This document shows, piece by piece, positions 31,291 to 40,560 of a DNA stretch of 64,000 nt; position 1 is the first letter of the stretch, and each line of letters opens with the position of its first letter. This DNA is from Calditrichales bacterium (GTDB lineage Bacteria; Calditrichota; Calditrichia; Calditrichales; J004). The DNA lies in the NCBI GenBank assembly GCA_965267575.1, contig OZ254086.1, positions 3,296,001-3,360,000 of the forward strand, in the 5' to 3' direction. Under the pieces are notes generated by a model. The model was not told the origin of the DNA, made no database searches, and saw nothing but the letters and a program-made list of their open reading frames with translations. The translations under genes and the position numbers were made by a program.

Positions 31291-31833
31291 CTTTTTGCGG
31301 ACCGCCCGGGCAAGTTTCTCAATATCCGAATAAAATTCAATCATATTCTCCAGACCTTCAATATCTTCCCGCGATGAAAAAAATCCAATGACCGGTTTAC
31401 CATAGCGTTGCGCCAGTTTAACTTCGCTGGCCGTGCCAAAAGAACCGGGCAGGGCAATAATGAGATCGGAGCTAAGCACATTAATATGATTGCGTGAGCG
31501 CATTTCCGTGCCTTGCTGACCGCTTAGCGGCAGGTGCGTGCGGATGCATATTTCTACATACGGATTTGGGTATCCGTCGAAAGGGTTGTAGCCGTGCTCG
31601 TCGATTCTGCCCGGAAGGATACCGATACAGCGGCCTTCCCGCGGTGCAATCGAGACAAAAGCTTCACTGACTGCTTTCATGACACCACTGCCGCCGCCGG
31701 AAAGCAGATGAAAGCCCTGTTCTGCGATCCATCTGCCAAGGGGAACGGAGAATTCTGCGTGTTCCCGGCTGCCCGAGCCCATCACACCAATAACAGGCAT
31801 TCCCAAAACTTTATCGTGATTCTCTTTTCTCAT
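31270..31833 (-). CDS. SLOG/LOG-family protein (TIGR00725/Moco-carrier-like)
   Basis: IGVMGSG, GGGSGVM, IGILPG, RNHINVLSSD, LPGSFGTASE. Confidence 0.85.
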   Translation of the reverse strand: MRKENHDKVLGMPVIGVMGSGSREHAEFSVPLGRWIAEQGFHLLSGGGSGVMKAVSEAFVSIAPREGRCIGILPGRIDEHGYNPFDGYPNPYVEICIRTHLPLSGQQGTEMRSRNHINVLSSDLIIALPGSFGTASEVKLAQRYGKPVIGFFSSREDIEGLENMIEFYSDIEKLARAVRKKLNLATQ

Positions 31834-31910
31834 ATGACATAGCTTTTTAAATTGCTTAATTTGCGCACCCGGTAGAAAACCTAAATCAAGATAACGCGGA
31901 TGAGGACAGA

Positions 31911-33743
31911 ATGGAAAAGAAACTTGTAGAATGTGTTCCTAATTTTTCGGAAGGCAAAGACAGAAATATCATAGACCAGATAGTTGCGGAAATAAAAGCC
32001 GTTGATGACGTAAAGCTGCTGGACGTTGACCCCGGCCCGGAGATGAACCGGACGGTTGTAACCTTCATCGGGACACCAGGGGGCGTTAAGATTGCCGCCT
32101 TTAATGCCATCAAGAAGGCTGCTGAACTGATTGATATGTCCAAACATAAAGGCTCCCATCCGCGCATGGGGGCTACCGATGTATGTCCGTTTGTGCCGGT
32201 TAGCAGCGTCAGCGTTGAAGAGTGTGTGGAGTTGTCCAAAGAGGTTGCCCGTCGCGTAGCTGAAGAGCTGTCCATACCCGTGTATCTGTACGAAAAATCG
32301 GCACAGAGTCCGGACAGGCAAAACCTGGCTGTGATCCGCCAGGGCGAATATGAAGGTCTGGAAGAAAAGCTGAAACTGGAAAAATGGAAACCGGATTTTG
32401 GCGCGGCCAAATTTAATGCACGTTCCGGCGCTACTGTAATGGGCGTCCGGGAATTTCTGATAGCCTATAACATTTCGCTGAATACGCGCGATAAACTTCA
32501 CGCCACCGATATCGCATTCGAACTACGGGAAAAAGGACGCTCCTGTCGCACGGGCAGTGACAATGTTTTTTATTACAAGAAGCCCAATATTCTGAAATAC
32601 GAAAAAGGACACTATCCCTGTGGCAGTGATGATTTTGTTGGCAAAACCATGGATGAGACCATCGCACATTGCAGTAAAGAGCATGGCTATGACCTCGCCG
32701 AACTGCTGTGGGCACACGGTGTAAATCCGCAAAAAGCGGAAGGCCAATCGGTTAAGAAGCCCGGCAAATTTAAACAATGCAAAGCCATTGGCTGGTATGT
32801 GCCGGAATACGATCGCGCGCAAATAAGCATTAACCTGACCAATTACAAAGAAACGTCCATGCACGATGTCCTGGAAGAAGCGCGGCGGCTGGCGGCGGAA
32901 CGTGGTCTTGCCGTAACCGGCAGCGAAATCGTCGGGCTGGTGCCGTTTGATGCGTTGCTGGACAGCGGTACCTTCTATCTGCGCCGGCAGCAACGCTCGG
33001 TTGGTATCCCCGTGCGTGATATTCTGAATACGGCAGTGCAGTCTCTGGGGCTTAACGATGTGTCGCCCTTTAAACTGGAAGAGCGTGTTCTTGGAATGCC
33101 GGACATTAAAGAAGGCACGCTGGCTGCCATGACTGTGCACGGTTTTGTTGATGAGGTATCGAGGGAATCTCCGGCGCCGGGCGGCGGTTCGGTTGCAGCC
33201 CTTGCCGGCGCGGTGGGAGCGGCTCTCTCTTCGATGGTGGCTAATCTCAGCTCCAATACCCGCGGCACCGAAGAAGCGGACCAGCCGCTGAACGAAGCCG
33301 CGGAATTATGCCAGGAAATCAAGCAAAACCTGCTCCATGCGATTGATGCCGATACGGACGCATTCAACGCCTATATGGATGCGCGACGCATGCCGCAAAA
33401 CAGCCCGGAAGAAAGCGACGCGCGTAACAAAGCCATGCAGGATGGTTTGAAACAGGCGGTAGCCGTACCCATGAATACGGCCCGTCAAAGCTTCCGCGCC
33501 ATTAAGGTGGCGGAAACTGTAATCAAGTATGGCAACCCGGCCTCCAGCTCGGATGTGGCCGTTGGCGCGCAAATGGCCTTCGCGGGAGTTAAGGGCGGTG
33601 TTTTCAATGTTTTAATCAACCTGAAAGACATTGAAGACAAAGCCTTTGTAGATGAAATGGAAAAGCGCTGCAAAGCTTTGGAGAGCGACAGCGTTACGGC
33701 ATTACAGAATGTGATGGAATCTGTCAAAAAATTAATTCAATAG
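31911..33743 (+). CDS. ftcD: Glutamate formiminotransferase / formiminotetrahydrofolate cyclodeaminase (fused)
   Basis: ECVPNFSEG, HPRMGATDVCPF, IRQGEYEG, GSEIVGLVP; C-terminal SPAPGGGS cyclodeaminase domain. Confidence 0.95.
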   Translation: MEKKLVECVPNFSEGKDRNIIDQIVAEIKAVDDVKLLDVDPGPEMNRTVVTFIGTPGGVKIAAFNAIKKAAELIDMSKHKGSHPRMGATDVCPFVPVSSVSVEECVELSKEVARRVAEELSIPVYLYEKSAQSPDRQNLAVIRQGEYEGLEEKLKLEKWKPDFGAAKFNARSGATVMGVREFLIAYNISLNTRDKLHATDIAFELREKGRSCRTGSDNVFYYKKPNILKYEKGHYPCGSDDFVGKTMDETIAHCSKEHGYDLAELLWAHGVNPQKAEGQSVKKPGKFKQCKAIGWYVPEYDRAQISINLTNYKETSMHDVLEEARRLAAERGLAVTGSEIVGLVPFDALLDSGTFYLRRQQRSVGIPVRDILNTAVQSLGLNDVSPFKLEERVLGMPDIKEGTLAAMTVHGFVDEVSRESPAPGGGSVAALAGAVGAALSSMVANLSSNTRGTEEADQPLNEAAELCQEIKQNLLHAIDADTDAFNAYMDARRMPQNSPEESDARNKAMQDGLKQAVAVPMNTARQSFRAIKVAETVIKYGNPASSSDVAVGAQMAFAGVKGGVFNVLINLKDIEDKAFVDEMEKRCKALESDSVTALQNVMESVKKLIQ

Positions 33744-33755
33744 AAAAGTATTAAT

Positions 33756-34343
33756 ATGTCAGTTGAAAAGATTATTGAGCAAAAAGAGGCGCAACTTAAG
33801 AAGCAAACCTACATTGTTTTCAGCGATGCTGAAATCCAGGAATTGCGTATGAATGAAGTGCGCCATATAGTGGCTCATTTTGGCGGTCACACCTTGATGC
33901 GCCTGCCGCAAAAGGAGATCAACTTTTTTGAGTGGCTGAAAAAAGAAGACCCGCCCGTGTGGGATGACCTTTGGGCGGGTGAAGAAAATATGTACCAGGT
34001 AAGTGTAGACCTGCTGCCCCAATTTTTGCGCGAGAAAAACGGCTTTCCCATTTGCGATCTGGAACAGGAAGATAATTACTATTTTACCGACCGTCATATT
34101 AAACCCGCCGGCAAGGAACAGCTTCAACTTATTCTGGAAAAAACCGAGCGTAATGAAAAGCTGAAGGTGGATGAACTGCTGCTTTTTGAATTACAAATTG
34201 CTCCCATCGACATCTGGCATTTCGCCCATCGTTACGGTTTGCCGCTAAAACGGCTTAAAGAGGTTATCTCCGATATGGTCTATAAAGGCTGGATCGTTCA
34301 CCTGACCGACCGCGAAGACCTCCTCAAATACATTGATGTTTAG
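33756..34343 (+). CDS. Hypothetical protein
   Basis: 195-aa ORF directly after ftcD, globular composition; family not recognised. Confidence 0.75.
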   Translation: MSVEKIIEQKEAQLKKQTYIVFSDAEIQELRMNEVRHIVAHFGGHTLMRLPQKEINFFEWLKKEDPPVWDDLWAGEENMYQVSVDLLPQFLREKNGFPICDLEQEDNYYFTDRHIKPAGKEQLQLILEKTERNEKLKVDELLLFELQIAPIDIWHFAHRYGLPLKRLKEVISDMVYKGWIVHLTDREDLLKYIDV

Positions 34344-35821
34344 CCGTGCATGACCAGGCCGGCGATGATGTAGAATGCGGCCGCGATCGTGCCGGCTGTC
34401 AGCGCATAGGGTAGCTGCGTTTTTACATGATCGATGTGGTCGCTGGCCGAAGCCATGGAAGATATGATCGTTGTATCTGAGATCGGCGAACAGTGATCTC
34501 CAAAAACCCCGCCACCGAGAACAGCGGCAATTGCTAAAGGCAACGACACATCCATCGTTTGGGCCATTGGCACGGCGATACTGATCATAATGGCGAACGT
34601 GCCCCAGGATGTTCCCGTGGAAAATGCGATCAAGCAGCTGATTGAAAAAATAATGACCGGTACAAAGGCGGGATTGAGCCAGAGCTGAGCCATCTCCGCG
34701 GCGTATTGCCCGGCACCCAGTTTTTTGCTTACCGCGCCGATGGCGAAGGCCAGCATCATAAGGAGGGCCAGGGGAATCAAACCGCTGATACCTTTGAAGG
34801 TCAGATCCACCAGCTCTTTCAAATCGAATATGCCCTGGATCTTATACATAATGCCTGCCACGAAGAGCGACGTAATTACAGCCCATAATACCGCGCTGGA
34901 GCCCGAACCGTTGCCCAAAGCCAGCAGCAGCGTTCCGGCAAAGCTTTCACCTATGCCTTCTTCCGGCCAGCCGCTGAAAAGAAGTCCTACAGGCATCATA
35001 CCTACCATTACGGCGATTGGTACAATCATATTGCGCGCTTTTTGCTTAACATCTTTTTTGGGCTCAAGGGATACAATTTCATCTGACAACATCGGGGTGG
35101 CGCCATCGGCAAGCAGCTTGCCTTCGGTTTTCGCGCGTTTCTCCGCCTGCTTCATCGGGCCGTAATCTTTCTGGCTGATAATAATGATCAACAAAAGGCC
35201 CATGGCCAGGAAAGGATAAAAATTCAACGGGTAAGACGATAGCATTAAACTCAACGGATCACTGATGCCGAGAGCCAGCAGCAGACCCATGATGTAGGCG
35301 CCCCAGGCATTTAGCGGAATCAGAATACAGGTAGGTGCTGAAATGGAATCGGCCAGGTAGGCCAGCTTTTCCCGGGGAATTTTCAGCTTGTCAAAAAGCG
35401 GCCGGTATATCGCGCCAACAGTCAAAACGTTTATGCTGGATTCCACGAAGATGACAAAACCTGTCAGCCAGGCAAAAAGCTGTACACGCCTGCGGTTTTG
35501 CGTTGAATGGGTTTGCTTCTGCTCCAGTTTTTTTGAGATAACTTCCACAAAACCGTGCACACCTCCGGAGCGCTGAATAAAGGCGATAAGCGCCCCAACC
35601 AATGCGCTGAACATAATGGTGCGTGTATTGCCCGCTTCTTTAAAAACATCTACCAAGGCCTGGATCGTGGCCAGCGTGCCGGTCAATGGATGCCAGTCAC
35701 TGAGAATCATCCAGCCCAGCCAAATTCCCAAAAAAAGAGAGACAAAAACCTGACGGGTTTTAATAGCAAGAATAATAGCGCCCAGGGCGGGCAGCAGAGA
35801 CAGTATGCCGTAGTGTTCCAA
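34340..35821 (-). CDS. NhaC-family Na+/H+ antiporter / amino-acid transporter
   Basis: Multi-TM; REKLAYLADS, FSTGTSWGTF, GGVFGDHCSPISDTTI, HIDHVKTQLPY. Confidence 0.92.
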   Translation of the reverse strand: MEHYGILSLLPALGAIILAIKTRQVFVSLFLGIWLGWMILSDWHPLTGTLATIQALVDVFKEAGNTRTIMFSALVGALIAFIQRSGGVHGFVEVISKKLEQKQTHSTQNRRRVQLFAWLTGFVIFVESSINVLTVGAIYRPLFDKLKIPREKLAYLADSISAPTCILIPLNAWGAYIMGLLLALGISDPLSLMLSSYPLNFYPFLAMGLLLIIIISQKDYGPMKQAEKRAKTEGKLLADGATPMLSDEIVSLEPKKDVKQKARNMIVPIAVMVGMMPVGLLFSGWPEEGIGESFAGTLLLALGNGSGSSAVLWAVITSLFVAGIMYKIQGIFDLKELVDLTFKGISGLIPLALLMMLAFAIGAVSKKLGAGQYAAEMAQLWLNPAFVPVIIFSISCLIAFSTGTSWGTFAIMISIAVPMAQTMDVSLPLAIAAVLGGGVFGDHCSPISDTTIISSMASASDHIDHVKTQLPYALTAGTIAAAFYIIAGLVMHG

Positions 35822-35965
35822 AATGAAGCTCCCGGTTTTTAGTTAAAAGGCTACGTCAACATAAACAAAAAGAAGACACGACGGTATTTGTTTTTTAATA
35901 GGCATATTGCTAAAATCAAAATGGTATTAAAAGCAAATTTCTAACGCTAAGAGAAAGGCAATCTT

Positions 35966-37036
35966 ATGAAAACATTGTCCCGGATTGAAAAATATGGTCA
36001 CGAGCAGGTTGTTTTTTGTCATGATAAGGCGACAGGGCTGCGGGCGATCATTGCCATTCATAATACGGTGCTGGGCCCGGCGTTGGGCGGCTGCCGCATG
36101 TGGCCGTTTCAAAGTGAAGAAGAAGCAATTGAGGATGCGCTGCGTCTTTCCCGCGGCATGACCTACAAGAATGCTGCAGCCGGTCTTAATCTGGGTGGCG
36201 GAAAAGCGGTTATTATCGGTGATCCCAAAAAGGACAAATCCGAAGCACTGTTCCGCGCCTTCGGGCAGTTTGTACAGAGCCTCGGTGGTCGGTATATCAC
36301 TGCCGAAGATGTAGGCACAAGCGTACAGGACATGGAAGCAATTAAAATGGAAACTAACTTTGTTGCCGGACTTCCCGTAATGCTGGGCGGTTCAGGTGAT
36401 CCGTCGCCTTTTACCGCTCTGGGCACTTTCCAGGGTATCAGAGCTGCCGTGAAATACAAGCTTAAAAAAGACAAGCTCAAGGGGCTGACGGTTGCTGTTC
36501 AGGGACTAGGCCACGTGGGCTATCATCTCTGCAAGATGCTGCATAGTGCCGGCGCTCAGCTTATCGTTGCCGATATTGACTCCGAAAAAGCGGCTCAGAT
36601 TGAGAAGGAGTTTAATGCCCGAGTCGTGAACGACGCCGAGATTATCAGTGCCGATGCCGATGTTTTTGCCCCGTGTGCCCTTGGCGCTGTTGTCAACGAT
36701 GAGACAATCGATAAATTTAAAACACCAATTATTGCCGGTGCCGCAAATAATGTTCTTTTAGAAGAAAGCCACGGCAGCCAGCTTCGCGAAAGATCGATCC
36801 TGTATGCTCCGGATTACATTATTAACGCTGGGGGCGTCATAAACGTCTATTTTGAAGTTTTGCATGAATACAATGAATCGAAGGTGACCAATAAAGTGAA
36901 AGATATTTACAATATTCTTTTAGAAATCTTTCGCATTTCCGATGAGGAAAATATATCGACTACGACGGCGGCATCGCGCTTTGCCGAACGGCGGGTGGAG
37001 ATTATTTCCAAGATCCACCAGAAATATTTCCGTTGA
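35966..37036 (+). CDS. Glu/Leu/Phe/Val-family (leucine) dehydrogenase
   Basis: LGPALGGCRM, RLSRGMTYK, LGGGKAVI, YITAEDVGT, QGLGHVG, INAGGVI. Confidence 0.93.
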   Translation: MKTLSRIEKYGHEQVVFCHDKATGLRAIIAIHNTVLGPALGGCRMWPFQSEEEAIEDALRLSRGMTYKNAAAGLNLGGGKAVIIGDPKKDKSEALFRAFGQFVQSLGGRYITAEDVGTSVQDMEAIKMETNFVAGLPVMLGGSGDPSPFTALGTFQGIRAAVKYKLKKDKLKGLTVAVQGLGHVGYHLCKMLHSAGAQLIVADIDSEKAAQIEKEFNARVVNDAEIISADADVFAPCALGAVVNDETIDKFKTPIIAGAANNVLLEESHGSQLRERSILYAPDYIINAGGVINVYFEVLHEYNESKVTNKVKDIYNILLEIFRISDEENISTTTAASRFAERRVEIISKIHQKYFR

Positions 37037-37135
37037 TGGACGGTAAGATATCTGCCACTTGATGTCGTAAAGTAATATCGATGTTTAGGAATCCGAAGCT
37101 TAGATTACTAGACAGACTAGGGAAGGCAGATATAT

Positions 37136-37474
37136 ATGGTACAAACTGAACTCATGAATTACGATGAAGCCATAGAAAGGCTTGGCGGAGATGAGGAGTT
37201 TCTTGTTGAGCTTCTTGAAGAGCTGTTGAATCAGCTTAATACAAATCTCAGTGAAATTAAAGAAGCCATAGAAAACAGGGACTACAAGACTCTGAAGCTT
37301 ATTTCTCACAGCCTGAAAGGTGCTTCCGCCAACCTCAACGTAACCCGCATGGCCGAGCATTTTCTGAGGCTGGAAAATTTGGGCGCTGAGGGTAGTGTGG
37401 ATGGTGCCGATGAGCTTTATCATCAAGTGACAATTGACAGGGACGAGTTGGCGGAGTTGCTAAATAAAAACTGA
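37136..37474 (+). CDS. Stand-alone Hpt (histidine phosphotransfer) protein
   Basis: RLGGDEEFL.ELL, HSLKGASANL. Confidence 0.92.
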   Translation: MVQTELMNYDEAIERLGGDEEFLVELLEELLNQLNTNLSEIKEAIENRDYKTLKLISHSLKGASANLNVTRMAEHFLRLENLGAEGSVDGADELYHQVTIDRDELAELLNKN

Positions 37475-38194
37475 GTTTTTCTCGGAGACTTCCCGTTCTA
37501 GTTTTTCCTGCAAAATATCAACAGGGGTGGCTGCTGCAAAAACGGCCACCCTTTTGCATTTATGCTGCTTTAGTTGCAAAGCGCAGGCGTTTACGGTCGC
37601 CCCGGTAGTGATAACGTCGTCAACTAAAATAATTTTCATTCCTTCCACGTCTTCATTCACTTTAAATACATCTTTTACATTTAGCTGTCTTTCTTCACGG
37701 CTGAGCTTGGTTTGAGATGATGTGTATTTAGTCCTGACCAAAACATCTTCTTTAAAAGGGATGGAAAATTTTTTGCCTAGCGTAGAGGCTATCCCGGCAC
37801 TTTGATTGTATCCTCGTTCGCGCTTTTTGGCTTTATGCAAGGGAACGCAGGTAATAAGGTCGGCACTGTTCTTTTCAATCGCTTTTTCAAAGCCATCGGC
37901 CAGAAGTGAGCCCATTGAATAAAAACCGTTATATTTCAGCTGGTGCAGCATAAACTGGATTTGCGCGTTGTATTCATATGCAATAAACAAATCATCAAAA
38001 TACGCTTCCGCCATACGTTCCATAAATTTAGCGCGCAATTCCGCGGAGAAAGGCTTTAGCTCAGAGAGGCAATCATTGCAGATCATAGTCTTCCTGTTTG
38101 TAACGCTTTCGTTACAGCGAAGGCAAAGAGGCGGAAAGCAAAAGTTTAGAAAAACTTCTGATATTTCACGGAAGTGTACGAATAATTTATTCAT
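37460..38194 (-). CDS. comF: ComF-family amidophosphoribosyltransferase-like protein
   Basis: CLRC...CNDC zinc ribbon, VPLH..KRERGYNQS, LVDDVITTGAT. Confidence 0.9.
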   Translation of the reverse strand: MNKLFVHFREISEVFLNFCFPPLCLRCNESVTNRKTMICNDCLSELKPFSAELRAKFMERMAEAYFDDLFIAYEYNAQIQFMLHQLKYNGFYSMGSLLADGFEKAIEKNSADLITCVPLHKAKKRERGYNQSAGIASTLGKKFSIPFKEDVLVRTKYTSSQTKLSREERQLNVKDVFKVNEDVEGMKIILVDDVITTGATVNACALQLKQHKCKRVAVFAAATPVDILQEKLEREVSEKNSVFI

Positions 38195-38406
38195 TTCTTG
38201 AATTGAGTTTTTTTTCTAAAGTTTTTTGATCAGAAATGCTCTTCCGTCTTTAAAAGTGGTGAAAACTAACACACTGTGATGACGAAAACCAGAACTTTTT
38301 TCCATTATTGTTATTGCTAAAAGATGAAATTTTAAATGAAATTACGAGTATAAAATCAATTAAAACAATAGCTTACCAGGTGTCGAAAGTATAGCGAACC
38401 CAAAAC

Positions 38407-38422
38407 TGGCATGGTACGTGCA
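38407..38422 (+). promoter_or_regulatory. Putative sigma-54 (-24/-12) promoter upstream of the sigma-28 gene
   Basis: TGGCATGGTACGTGCA has correct GG-N10-GC spacing (consensus TGGCACG-N4-TTGC). Confidence 0.6.
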
Positions 38423-38463
38423 TATTTACGCCCAAAAATAGAAACATCATGAAGGGGGCAACC

Positions 38464-39225
38464 ATGCAGCAAGTACAGACCAGTGACGCTATATGGCATG
38501 AATTCAAAGTCAACAACAGTTCTACTTATCGGCAGGAATTGATTCTTCGTTACCATGGACTTGTAAAATATGTTGTCCGGAAAATGATTAAGAATTTTCC
38601 GCAGGCTATTGAGGAATCGGATTTGCATCAGATTGGCGTACTGGGTTTGTGCGAAGCGATCGAGCGTTTTGACCCTGCTTATGGCATTAAATTCGAAACC
38701 TACGCTATCCCCCGTATAAAAGGTTCCATCATTGACGAGTTGAGAAAACTGGACTGGGTGCCGCGTTCATTGCGCGCCAAGCTCAATAACATGAAAGAAA
38801 AAGCCGTTGAGATGGATCAGAAGTTCTCCGGCAACTACACAGATACTGAAATGGCCAACGGATTGGGCATTGACGTAAATGATCTTCATAACTGGAAAAA
38901 AGATGTCAATGCGGTAAATCTATATTCCCTGGATAAGCCGATTGATGATTCCAACAAACAAAACCTTTACGACGTTATTGAGGATTTTGAATACGTAAAT
39001 GCAAACGATCAAATGGAAGATGATGAAATGAAAAGAGTACTTCTTAAGGCCATCAAAAAATTGCCGGAAAAAACACGCCTGGCAATTACTCTCTATTATT
39101 ACGAAAAGCTTACTTTCAAGGAAATTGGTAAGATCCTTAACGTCTCCGAATCACGTATTTCTCAGATACACTCAGAAACAATGAGCAAGCTGAAAAAAGA
39201 AATTAACAAAATGATCTATGCCTGA
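38464..39225 (+). CDS. fliA: FliA/WhiG-family RNA polymerase sigma factor (sigma-28)
   Basis: GLCEAIERFDP, FETYAIPRIKGSIIDELRKLDWVPRSLR, LYYYEKLTFKEIGKILNVSESRISQIH; SD-like GAAGGGGG. Alternative start 38449. Confidence 0.93.
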   Translation: MQQVQTSDAIWHEFKVNNSSTYRQELILRYHGLVKYVVRKMIKNFPQAIEESDLHQIGVLGLCEAIERFDPAYGIKFETYAIPRIKGSIIDELRKLDWVPRSLRAKLNNMKEKAVEMDQKFSGNYTDTEMANGLGIDVNDLHNWKKDVNAVNLYSLDKPIDDSNKQNLYDVIEDFEYVNANDQMEDDEMKRVLLKAIKKLPEKTRLAITLYYYEKLTFKEIGKILNVSESRISQIHSETMSKLKKEINKMIYA

Positions 39226-39250
39226 GCCTTTTCAGGCATAGATTTTTTAT
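39214..39250 (+). terminator. Rho-independent terminator overlapping the fliA stop codon
   Basis: ATCTATGCCTGA/TCAGGCATAGAT 12-bp stem plus T tract. Confidence 0.85.
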
Positions 39251-39328
39251 TTCCCGCCTTTAGCCTATTACTTTTTGTCCGTAAATTACAGCTACAATCT
39301 GTTACACTTACCAGAGCAAAGGGAAGGT

Positions 39329-40471
39329 ATGTCTGAAGAAAGCGCCCGACCACGGATATTGGTTGTAGATGATAATAAAGAAAACGTCGACCTGATTAAG
39401 TATTTTTTAAAATCACATAATTATCAAATAGAAAAGGCCTATGACGGCGAAGAAGCTCTTGAAATGGCCGGCAAAGTGCGTCCGGATTTGATATTGCTTG
39501 ACGTCATGCTGCCTAAAATGAATGGTTTTGATGTCTGTAAAACCCTTAAAAAAAGTACCAGCACAAGTTTTATCCCGGTTATAATGATCACGGCGCTTAA
39601 AGAGCTAAAAGATAAAATACAGGCTCTTGAGGCCGGCGCAGATGATTTTATCTCAAAGCCCTTTGAAAACGTTGAGTTACTCACACGCGTAAAATCCCTA
39701 TTGCGTATTAAGCACTATCATGATGAATTGCAGCAGAAAAACAGGGAACTGATGCGCATGGATCAGTTTAAGGATGAACTCGTCCACCTGATTGTACACG
39801 ATATGAAAAACCCCATTTTTGTAATCCAGGGAAACTTGCAGATGATGGGGATGGGCATGAATGATGCATCGGCATTGAATTTTAAAAAATATGTTGACAG
39901 GATTGATCGGAGTACACAGGCTCTTCTTAAAATGGTAATGAACCTTGTCGATATCTCCAAGTTCGAATCCGGGAAAATGAAGGTCACCAAGGAAGTAGTA
40001 CAGATAAAGCAGCTGCTGGAATTTTCTGTAAAAAAGGCACACGACCTGCCCGAGAACGCAAACAAAAGGATCAATTTAAAAGTACCGGCTGATATTGTTA
40101 AAGTTTATATAGACCAATCTATCATTGAACGCGTTTTCGAGAATGTGCTTGCCTTTTCAGCCTCCAATACCGGTGCGGAGGGTGAGGTAACCGTTGAGCT
40201 GGTTACGGAAGGAAACGAGCATGTCATTAAAATTCGTGACAATGGTACGCAGATACCTGCCAAATTCCGCGAAGCCATTTTTGACAAGTACAGCCAGGTT
40301 GAAATCAAAAACGAAGGATACCGAGTGGGACGCGGTTTAGGCTTTACTTTCAGCCGCTTAGCAATGGAAGTCCATGACGGAGATATCTATCTGGACAAAA
40401 CGGCCACTGCAGGCAATTGTTTTGTAATTCGTTTTCCCAAGTATGAAAAACGGCAAACTGAACATAACTGA
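39329..40471 (+). CDS. Hybrid REC-HisKA-HATPase histidine kinase (no sensor domain)
   Basis: VVDDN, LLDVMLP, ISKPF; H-box HDMKNP; DNG, GRGLG. Confidence 0.9.
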   Translation: MSEESARPRILVVDDNKENVDLIKYFLKSHNYQIEKAYDGEEALEMAGKVRPDLILLDVMLPKMNGFDVCKTLKKSTSTSFIPVIMITALKELKDKIQALEAGADDFISKPFENVELLTRVKSLLRIKHYHDELQQKNRELMRMDQFKDELVHLIVHDMKNPIFVIQGNLQMMGMGMNDASALNFKKYVDRIDRSTQALLKMVMNLVDISKFESGKMKVTKEVVQIKQLLEFSVKKAHDLPENANKRINLKVPADIVKVYIDQSIIERVFENVLAFSASNTGAEGEVTVELVTEGNEHVIKIRDNGTQIPAKFREAIFDKYSQVEIKNEGYRVGRGLGFTFSRLAMEVHDGDIYLDKTATAGNCFVIRFPKYEKRQTEHN

Positions 40472-40491
40472 TATGCTATTTTTTTGACTGT

Positions 40492-40518
40492 TAAAGTTCT
40501 CGGGCTCCAAACCGAAAG
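40492..40518 (+). promoter_or_regulatory. Putative sigma-28 promoter
   Basis: TAAAGTT at -35, 15 nt after TAAA, then ACCGAAAG (consensus TAAA-N15-GCCGATAA). Confidence 0.6.
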
Positions 40519-40560
40519 TAGTAAGATCACAATGAATATGTTTCCGCGGACAAGAGGTGT

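Noticed and set aside
35822..35965. Sigma-54 promoter upstream of leucine dehydrogenase
   Set aside because: The GG...GC candidates have 6- or 8-nt spacing instead of the required 10.
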